Assembly: GCA_009779995.1 (NCBI GenBank)
Contig: WRDW01000003.1
Coordinates: 2,392-66,391 of the forward strand
Source of the DNA: Oscillospiraceae bacterium
GTDB lineage: Bacteria; Bacillota; Clostridia; Oscillospirales; Acutalibacteraceae
Length of the DNA stretch: 64,000 nt
Reading direction: 5' to 3'
Shown here: one piece after another, positions 55,555-61,963 of the stretch
Layout of the letters: each line of letters starts with the position of its first letter
Position numbering within the stretch: the first letter of the stretch is position 1
Made by a program: the position numbers and the translations under genes
The notes under the pieces: generated by a model
What the model saw: the letters and a program-made list of their open reading frames with translations, nothing else
Databases searched by the model: none
What the model was told of the DNA's origin: nothing

Positions 55555-56738
55555 GCGATTTTACCTCCCAGGCGCTGATAGTCTTCCCAAAACGCGGGAT
55601 ATGATTTTTGCACAGCCTGCGCCCCATGCAGCGTAATTGGGTTTTCGCAGCGCAGCGCGGCGACGGCCATCGCCATGGCGATTCTGTGATCGCCGAAGCT
55701 GTCGGCACCGCCGCCTTGCAGGGTTGGCTTGCCTTGAATCACGAGGCCGTCGGGCAGCTCCGTCACGTCCCCGCCCAGGGCGTTGAGATTTTCTGCAATA
55801 GCGTGCAATCTGTCGCTCTCTTTCAGGCGCAGGCGCGCGGCGTTGGCGATCCTGCCTTCGCCGGGCGTGAGGGCCATGACTACCGCCATAATCGGCGCCA
55901 AGTCGGTGTACTGGGAGGCGTCCATCACGCCGCGATGCTCCAGCAGCGATGTGATTGCCCGGTCAGATTGTTCTGAAGCCCCGTCGAGCCCGGTGATACG
56001 AATATCGCTCCCCAAGGCATTTGCCGCCAGCCAAAAGGCCGCGCTGGACCAGTCCGCCTCAATTGACAATTGGCAGTTGACAGTTGACAATTGATATTTT
56101 TGCCCGCCGGGCACCGCAAAGCCCTGCTCCGTCTCATGTATCACAATGCCGAACTTGCGCAGGGTGCGCAGGGTCATTTGCACATAGCCCGCGGATTCCA
56201 GCGGTGAGGTAAGAATGATTTCGCTTTCCCCGATCAGCAGGGGCAGCGCGAACAGCAGGCCCGTGACGTACTGCGATGTGATGTCCCCAGGCAGGGCAAA
56301 AATGCCGGGCCGGAGCTGGCCGGAGATTGCGATGGGCAGGCGTTCGCTGTCTATAGAGCAGCCGTGGGCGCGCAGGAGATCAACCAGGGGCTGCATGGGG
56401 CGCGCGGGCAGGCGGCCCGTGCCGGTGAACGTGACGCTCTTACCCAGCGCGGCGAAAACCGGCAGCAGGAAGCGCAGGGTGGAGCCGCTTTCGCGGCAAT
56501 TCAATCTTAAACAGGGGTCTGTCAAGCCCCCCTCCGCCAGAGGGGGGAGCCCGAAGGGCGGGGGGTGTGATGCGGCCAGGCATTCCCTCGTCGCCTCAAT
56601 GTCGTCCGAGATCACCGGCAGGCTTTCGAGGCCCATCCCCGCGAGGTGCGCGGCAATCATCAGGCGGTGCAGTTCATATTTTGAGGGCATGGCCGCAATT
56701 TCGCCGGATAGTCTGCCGGGCTTCAGCGTGAGTGTCAT
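55551..56738 (-). CDS. aroA: 3-phosphoshikimate 1-carboxyvinyltransferase (EPSP synthase)
   Basis: MTLTLKPGRLSGEI..PSK...R.., ESGSTLRFLLP, RLKESDR, GDHRIAMA. Start at 56738 (ATGA overlap with aroB). The upstream part of the 553-aa ORF overlaps aroB. Confidence 0.9.
   Translation of the reverse strand: MTLTLKPGRLSGEIAAMPSKYELHRLMIAAHLAGMGLESLPVISDDIEATRECLAASHPPPFGLPPLAEGGLTDPCLRLNCRESGSTLRFLLPVFAALGKSVTFTGTGRLPARPMQPLVDLLRAHGCSIDSERLPIAISGQLRPGIFALPGDITSQYVTGLLFALPLLIGESEIILTSPLESAGYVQMTLRTLRKFGIVIHETEQGFAVPGGQKYQLSTVNCQLSIEADWSSAAFWLAANALGSDIRITGLDGASEQSDRAITSLLEHRGVMDASQYTDLAPIMAVVMALTPGEGRIANAARLRLKESDRLHAIAENLNALGGDVTELPDGLVIQGKPTLQGGGADSFGDHRIAMAMAVAALRCENPITLHGAQAVQKSYPAFWEDYQRLGGKIA
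56061..56095. repeat. Heptamer tract (A[AG]TTGAC family) x5 inside aroA
   Basis: aattgac aattggc agttgac agttgac aattgat, translated in frame as YQLSTVNCQLSIE. Confidence 0.9.
56537..56576. repeat. GC-rich REP-like hairpin inside aroA
   Basis: CCCCCCTC-cgccag-AGGGGGG plus AGCCCGAAGGGCGGGGGG, translated as ..PPPFGLPPLAEGGL.. Confidence 0.7.
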
Positions 56739-57772
56739 ACTTTTTCCTCCAATAAACGCTTGAGCTCGCTCATGGGCATGGTGCGCAGCTCGCACTCTCC
56801 AATTTTCAATGGCACAACTATGGTGATATTGTTGCCCGCGCGCTTTTTGTCCTGCTCCAGGGCTGAAAATAATTCCTGGATCGAATATTCGCAATGCGTG
56901 GGCAGGCGGTTGCTCTCCAGGGCGGCGCAGAGCCTGTCTACAATCGCCGGGCAGAACACCCGCGAGATCATCACCATGCCGAGCCCTACGGCGGCCCCGT
57001 GGGGTATCGTGTAATCGCTCACTTTTTCGATGGCGTGGCCGAGGGTGTGCCCCAGGTTGAGCAGCCGCCGGCGGCCCGTGTCGCGCTCGTCTGCCAGGAC
57101 GCAGGCGCGCTTGAGCTCCACGTTGCGGGCCACCTGCGCGGCGCTCACCGGCCCGCCGTGTTCCAGGGATGCGAAGAGCCCCTCGTCGAACAGCACCCCG
57201 TGCTTGAGGCACTCGGCCATGCCGTTGGCATACTCTTCCGGGGGCAGCGTGTTGAACGTGTCTGTGTCAGTGATCACCAGGCTCGGCTGCCAGAAGGCCC
57301 CGGCGAGGTTTTTCCCGGCGGGGAGGTTCACGCCGGTTTTGCCGCCCACGGAGGCGTCCACCGCCGCCAGCAGTGTGGTGGGCATCTGCGCGTAGGCAAT
57401 GCCCCTGCGATACGTGGCCGCGGCGAAGCCCGTGAGGTCGCCTGTCACGCCGCCGCCCAGGGCAATCAGCGCGTCACCGCTGTAAAGCGAAAAACCTGTA
57501 CAGGTATCCAAAATTTTCTCATAGGTGTAAAGGGATTTGCTTGCTTCACCTGCCTGGAAGATAAAGGTATGGCACGCAACACCTTGTGCTTTAAGGCTTT
57601 GCATCACTGAATCGACATAGTCGTGCTTCGCCACATTGCTGTCTGTGACAAGTAAAACCCTTGTCGGGCGCAGCTTTTCGGCGATAAGCGCCCCTGCTTT
57701 TTCCAGCAGCCCGGGGCCGATGCGCACGTCATAGGCGCGTTCGCTCAGGGGGATGTGGACGGTGTGGTGCAT
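56735..57772 (-). CDS. aroB: 3-dehydroquinate synthase
   Basis: ..ALGGGVTGDLTGFAAATY.RG.., ..GGKTGVN.., ..LNLGHT.GHA.E. Confidence 0.92.
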   Translation of the reverse strand: MHHTVHIPLSERAYDVRIGPGLLEKAGALIAEKLRPTRVLLVTDSNVAKHDYVDSVMQSLKAQGVACHTFIFQAGEASKSLYTYEKILDTCTGFSLYSGDALIALGGGVTGDLTGFAAATYRRGIAYAQMPTTLLAAVDASVGGKTGVNLPAGKNLAGAFWQPSLVITDTDTFNTLPPEEYANGMAECLKHGVLFDEGLFASLEHGGPVSAAQVARNVELKRACVLADERDTGRRRLLNLGHTLGHAIEKVSDYTIPHGAAVGLGMVMISRVFCPAIVDRLCAALESNRLPTHCEYSIQELFSALEQDKKRAGNNITIVVPLKIGECELRTMPMSELKRLLEEKV

Positions 57773-57837
57773 GTGTTTGGCCTTTCATATTTGTGCGAAT
57801 TTGTGCCACGGCGGGCCAATGGCCGCGCCGCCTCGCG

Positions 57838-58833
57838 TCAAACCGCCCGAATCTTTCCCACCGCCGCCATGACCTCCCCGAACTGCGCCGGCGTGAGGGA
57901 CTGCGGGCCATCGCACATGGCCTTGGCGGGGTCGTTGTGGACCTCGATCATCACGCCGTGCGCGCCCACGGCAGCGGCCGCAACGGCCAGGGGTTTCACG
58001 TAGCGCGCGACTCCCGTAGCGTGGCTGGGATCGACGATTACCGGCAGGTGGGAGAGCTCCTTCACTACGGGCACGGCGGAGATGTCGAGCGTGTTGCGCG
58101 TGGCGGTCTCGAAGGTGCGTATGCCGCGCTCGCAGAGGATCACCTGCTCGTTGCCCCCGGCCATGACGTACTCCGCGCTCATCAGCCACTCCTGTATGGT
58201 GCTGGACAGCCCGCGCTTGAGGAGCACCGGCTTGCCGCAGTGCCCGAGCTCTTTCAGCAGCTCGAAGTTCTGCATGTTGCGCGCGCCCACCTGGATGCAG
58301 TCCACGTCCGCGAAGGCGTCCAGGTGCGAGATGTCCATGATCTCCGTCACGATGGGCAGGCCGGTCTGTTTTTTTGCCTCCAGCAGCAGCTCGATGCCGC
58401 TCTCGCGCATCCCCTGGAAGGCGTAGGGCGAGGTGCGCGGCTTGAAGGCCCCGCCCCGCAAAATCCGCGCCCCGGCGGCCTTGACGGCCTCGGCCACCTC
58501 GCACAGCTGCTCGCGGGATTCCACAGAGCAGGGCCCGGCCATCACCGTGAAGCCCCCGCCGCCCACGGGCACGCCCGCGACGTTGACGACCGTATCCTCC
58601 GGGTGAAATTTTCGATTGGCCTTCTTGAAGGGCTCCTGTATGCGCTTGACGCTCTCCACGAAGGGCAGGGCCTCGATGCGCTCGGCGTCCACGGCGGCGG
58701 TGTCGCCGATGAGGCCAAGCAGGGTGGTGTGGGCGCCGGCGCTGTGGTGAATGCTGATGCTCTGGGATTCCAGCCAGGCGCGCAGCTCCTCGAGCTGGGC
58801 CTCTGTGTGGCTGGGCCTTAGGATGACGATCAT
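57838..58833 (-). CDS. aroF: DAHP synthase (type I-beta) with N-terminal ferredoxin-like domain
   Basis: MIVILRP..(regulatory-type domain), then ..GPCSVES..QL.., ..RGGAFKPRTSPY.FQG.., ..VDPSH..G. Confidence 0.9.
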   Translation of the reverse strand: MIVILRPSHTEAQLEELRAWLESQSISIHHSAGAHTTLLGLIGDTAAVDAERIEALPFVESVKRIQEPFKKANRKFHPEDTVVNVAGVPVGGGGFTVMAGPCSVESREQLCEVAEAVKAAGARILRGGAFKPRTSPYAFQGMRESGIELLLEAKKQTGLPIVTEIMDISHLDAFADVDCIQVGARNMQNFELLKELGHCGKPVLLKRGLSSTIQEWLMSAEYVMAGGNEQVILCERGIRTFETATRNTLDISAVPVVKELSHLPVIVDPSHATGVARYVKPLAVAAAAVGAHGVMIEVHNDPAKAMCDGPQSLTPAQFGEVMAAVGKIRAV

Positions 58834-58851
58834 GGCGATGCCTTCTTTCGG

Positions 58852-58884
58852 ATAAAAAATACCCGCAGCCGGTCAGCTGCGGGT
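58852..58884 (-). terminator. Intrinsic terminator between leader ORF and aroF (candidate attenuator)
   Basis: Minus strand: ACCCGCAGC-ugaccg-GCUGCGGGU followed by AUUUUUUAU, 18 nt before the aroF ATG. Confidence 0.7.
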
Positions 58885-58903
58885 GAGGTGGCATTCGGGT
58901 ATT

Positions 58904-58984
58904 TTAGCCCCGAGGACAGCCCTGCCGCAGCGTGCCCTGCCAATAGGCAAAGCTGGCGCAGTGGTAATAGCTGTTGCGGGCCAT
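58904..58984 (-). CDS. Candidate 26-codon leader peptide of the aro operon
   Basis: SD AAAGGAG 8 nt before the ATG. MARNSYYHCASFAYWQGTLRQGCPRG has 5 aromatic codons (Y6 Y7 F12 Y14 W15). Lies between the promoter and the terminator. Confidence 0.4.
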   Translation of the reverse strand: MARNSYYHCASFAYWQGTLRQGCPRG

Positions 58985-59014
58985 GATGTTTGCTCCTTTA
59001 ATTGGGCTACTCGT

Positions 59015-59043
59015 AGTATAACACAAAGCGAAGAAAAAGTCAA
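59015..59043 (-). promoter_or_regulatory. Promoter of the aro operon leader
   Basis: Minus strand: TTGACT, 17 nt, TATACT. Confidence 0.55.
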
Positions 59044-59049
59044 GAAAAA

Positions 59050-60501
59050 TTACTTATACTTCACCACAATCTTTGGCGTGTCCGTAATCACCTGCAAAAG
59101 ATTGCCCTGCATACTGATTTTCGCGCCTGGCCCCGCATCTACATTTTCATAGCCGTCGGGAAGGAAAAACTCCGTGGGATGGCTCTCCCAATCGGGGGCG
59201 GGGGTATACCAGAGGGTGCAGGTTTTTGCCTTGGGGTCGACTTTGAAATTGGCGAACGTGCCGTGGATCGCCACGGGGTAGGGGCGGCCCAGCACGGCTG
59301 TGAAGTTGTCGTATTCGTAAAGGCCGTGCCAGTAGGCCCAGTAGGTGTTGGACCAGCCCCAGGAATCGAACAAGCCTAAGATAAACTCGATGTGGCGGAA
59401 CCAGGGGTAGTCCTTTTCTTTGTCGTCCAGAGTGCCGGTGGCGCCCCACTCGCCCGCGAGCACGGGGACGTTCATGCGCAGCTGGGCGCGGCGGGCCTCC
59501 CCGAAAATGCAGCCCACCCGGGCATCGCTGGCGTGGTCGTAGAGCGGGCCGTCCACGAAGAAGTCGTAGCCGTGGGGGCTGTAGCAGCACTGCGTCTCCC
59601 CGGCGGGGGCGTCCCCGTGGAAGGGGATGGCCGCGTTGCTGTAGTAGCCGTGTTCCATGATAATAATGCCCTTGGGGGTGACAGCGCGGACAGCTTTTGT
59701 CATTTTTTCGATGAAGGGGGTGTAGACCTCCAGGTCGAATTTGCGCGAGAGATGCTCGGCACTGCCGACGACTTTTCGCATCAGCTCCGGGGTGAGGATA
59801 TCCAGGGCGGGGCCTATGCCCTTCGCCTCCAGGTCTTTGGCGAACTGCCTATAGCTGGCGCAGGGCAGGAGGGCCAGCTCCTTCACCAGGCCGGCCACGA
59901 CGAGCTTGAAAAATTTTCCGCCGGGGGAGCCGGGGTGGGGCTCGTTGAGGAAATCGAAGCCGAAGAAGGCCGGGTGATCGCCGTAGCGCCGGGCCAGCAT
60001 GGCCCACAGGTCCGCGTAGTGCTCCTGCAAACCTTTTCCGTAGACAAGGCCGTTGGCCCAGAAATGGTCGAAGGCGTGGAAGATGCCCTTGCCCCAGAAG
60101 TAGCCCTCGGCCCAGATGGCTTTTGGCTTGGTGTAGCCGTAGCCGCCGTCGCGCGTGGCCCACACGGGCGCGCCGTCGCCCACGCCCGCGCCGAAGTCCG
60201 ACCAGAGGTCCTGGTGCATGTCCAGGAAGACGTACATGCCGTGCCTCTCCGCCATGTCGAAGATGCCGTCCATGATTTTTAAATACGCTTCGTCGTATTC
60301 CCCGGGGAACTCGGGCTCGATCTTGCTCCAGCAGGGGCCCAGGCGCAGGATATTGAAGCCCAGCGCACGGCTCTTGACGAAGAAGCCCTCCTCCAGGGTG
60401 GGCGGGTCGGTCTTCCCCATGGGGAAGTTGATGCCGTGGAAGATGCGCTCGCGGCCGAGCGCATCCACAAAGCGGCGGCCCTTGACGGTGATTTGGTCCA
60501 T
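59050..60501 (-). CDS. Glycoside hydrolase family 5-like enzyme
   Basis: ..FHGINF.., ..GFNILRLG..W..IEP.., ..FDFLNEPH.. (NEP acid/base), ..IIMEHG.. Start trimmed to MDQITVKG. Confidence 0.8.
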   Translation of the reverse strand: MDQITVKGRRFVDALGRERIFHGINFPMGKTDPPTLEEGFFVKSRALGFNILRLGPCWSKIEPEFPGEYDEAYLKIMDGIFDMAERHGMYVFLDMHQDLWSDFGAGVGDGAPVWATRDGGYGYTKPKAIWAEGYFWGKGIFHAFDHFWANGLVYGKGLQEHYADLWAMLARRYGDHPAFFGFDFLNEPHPGSPGGKFFKLVVAGLVKELALLPCASYRQFAKDLEAKGIGPALDILTPELMRKVVGSAEHLSRKFDLEVYTPFIEKMTKAVRAVTPKGIIIMEHGYYSNAAIPFHGDAPAGETQCCYSPHGYDFFVDGPLYDHASDARVGCIFGEARRAQLRMNVPVLAGEWGATGTLDDKEKDYPWFRHIEFILGLFDSWGWSNTYWAYWHGLYEYDNFTAVLGRPYPVAIHGTFANFKVDPKAKTCTLWYTPAPDWESHPTEFFLPDGYENVDAGPGAKISMQGNLLQVITDTPKIVVKYK

Positions 60502-60591
60502 GGGGTTCTCCTTTGTTTTTTCTGGGTTTATTATATACCGGGGAGCGGGGGGCAAGGTGGAAAAAGCGAAAAAGCGAGGCGAAAAAAACGC

Positions 60592-60620
60592 TTGACATTA
60601 AGTTCAAAATGGTATATAAT
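60592..60620 (+). promoter_or_regulatory. Convergent antisense promoter (locus 3)
   Basis: TTGACA, 17 nt, TATAAT. Confidence 0.55.
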
Positions 60621-60626
60621 ACAGGC

Positions 60627-60740
60627 GAGGGGCAGTGCCGCGTAGAGCAGACAGCCTTCTCAACCCTCGCCTAAAATGAATGTGAGAAGTAACCGACCGA
60701 GCGTACCAGGCTGGGGGCGGTTACTTCTTATTACCACGGA
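60627..60740 (+). ncRNA. Candidate convergent antisense RNA (locus 3)
   Basis: Begins with hairpin GGCGAGGGG..CCCTCGCC, then AGAAGTAACCG..CGGTTACTTCT, which is complementary to the 3' codons and hairpin of the small ORF. 3' end not defined. Confidence 0.35.
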
Positions 60741-60801
60741 TAGTCATGAGATACCCTGTCGCGATCACGAGGAAAGCTAAAATGTACATCTCAAGAGCCA
60801 T
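60721..60801 (-). CDS. Candidate 26-aa hydrophobic peptide (type I toxin-like), paralog of 46261-46347
   Basis: SD AAAGGAGGTGAG, then ATG. MALEMYILAFLVIATGYLMTIRGNKK. The stop lies in hairpin AGAAGTAACCGCCC..GGTCGGTTACTTCT. Confidence 0.5.
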   Translation of the reverse strand: MALEMYILAFLVIATGYLMTIRGNKK

Positions 60802-60864
60802 GTATACTCACCTCCTTTCGAAGGCGAGAGGAAGATAACCGCCGCTGCGCGCGGCACCGACACC

Positions 60865-60893
60865 ATTATACAACGCTCTCGCGAATATTGCAA
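60865..60893 (-). promoter_or_regulatory. Promoter of the small-ORF transcript (locus 3)
   Basis: Minus strand: TTGCAA, 17 nt, TG-TATAAT, the same hexamers as locus 2. Confidence 0.55.
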
Positions 60894-60913
60894 GCGCTTT
60901 TGCGGATTCGACC

Positions 60914-60956
60914 AACAAAAAACCCGCCGCCGGGCTTTCACCCCCGGCGGCGGGTT
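60914..60956 (-). terminator. Intrinsic terminator after the 60973-61872 lipoprotein gene
   Basis: Minus strand: AACCCGCCGCCGGG-ggugaaag-CCCGGCGGCGGGUU followed by UUUUUGUU. Confidence 0.8.
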
Positions 60957-60972
60957 GGTGTACATTTTTGTT

Positions 60973-61872
60973 TTACCAGGCAAACTTGTCGTAATCCCAG
61001 GTGGATGACTGGTAGGCGAGAACATCGAAGTTAAAAATCAGGAGCTTCGCCTTTTTGGCATCCGCGTCCACGAAGAATTCGCCGTGGGCCTTGATAATCT
61101 GGCCCTTGTCGTTGACGGTGATAACCGACTTGCCATTTTTGTAGGTCAGGAGACAGTTGCTGACCTCTGCGGTCAGACCGTCCTCCGCCAGGCTATCCAA
61201 CAGCTCCTTGCGCGTTTGGATGAAGAACATACGGTAATATTTGCTCGACATGGTCTTTTCGGGGTTGGTCTCATTGCCCAGGGTGAGGGTGATGACATAG
61301 TTATCGCCCTCCTTTTTCGCGGTTGCCGTCGCCACGTCGCTGGCGCGCACTTGGGAGGTCTGCTGGTCAATGTAGAAGTGGTCTACATTGCTGTCGCCCT
61401 TATTCTTGGTTTTGGTTTCCGGATTTCCGGGCATCTGGCTCTCTACGACCTTGTTGAGAGGGCCATCCAAAGCGCCGCCGACGAAGGTGGTTGTGAGCTT
61501 GTTGATCTTGAGCACCTCGACCCGGGTGTAGCCCGGCTTATCCGAGCGCACTTTGTTGATGGCCTCATTGTAATACGCAACCAACTGTTCTTTGTTCATC
61601 TTGTCCGGGGTGAGGGCGTCCGGGGCTTCGGTTACGTCGCCGGTGGGGGCTTCGGTGGTCACATCGGCGGGGGGCTCGGTGGTCACTTCGTCGCCGGGCT
61701 CGGTGGTGATCTCGTCGCCGGGTTCAGTCGTGATCTCGTCGTCGGGATCGGTGATGTCTACGACGACGGGCTCTGTGGTGGGCGTGGGGTCGGGATCGGG
61801 CGTTTTTTTGCAGGCGGCGAAGACGGTGACGATCATCGCCAGCGCCAGCAGGAGGACCAGGATGCGTTTCAT
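60973..61872 (-). CDS. Lipoprotein with acidic TTEPGDE repeats
   Basis: Lipobox MKRILVLLLALAMIVTVFAAC. DDEITTEPGDEITTEPGDEVTTEPP tandem repeats. C-terminal domain unassigned. Confidence 0.7.
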   Translation of the reverse strand: MKRILVLLLALAMIVTVFAACKKTPDPDPTPTTEPVVVDITDPDDEITTEPGDEITTEPGDEVTTEPPADVTTEAPTGDVTEAPDALTPDKMNKEQLVAYYNEAINKVRSDKPGYTRVEVLKINKLTTTFVGGALDGPLNKVVESQMPGNPETKTKNKGDSNVDHFYIDQQTSQVRASDVATATAKKEGDNYVITLTLGNETNPEKTMSSKYYRMFFIQTRKELLDSLAEDGLTAEVSNCLLTYKNGKSVITVNDKGQIIKAHGEFFVDADAKKAKLLIFNFDVLAYQSSTWDYDKFAW

Positions 61873-61904
61873 TGGATTCTCCCCTTTTGTTAATGTATTT
61901 TTTC

Positions 61905-61934
61905 GTGCGGGCGGCTAGGCCGCCGCCCTACAGG
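61905..61934. repeat. REP-like palindrome
   Basis: GTGCGGGCGGCTAGGCCGCCGCCCTACAGG. Confidence 0.7.
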
Positions 61935-61963
61935 GTCTATTTTAATAGAAAATCGCGGGTTTG

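Noticed and set aside
56739-57212. The N-terminal extension of ORF 55551..57212 (aroA).
   Set aside because: It overlaps aroB in another frame with low-complexity translation. The EPSP synthase homology starts at MTLTLKPGRLSGE (ATG at 56738), which forms an ATGA overlap with the aroB stop.
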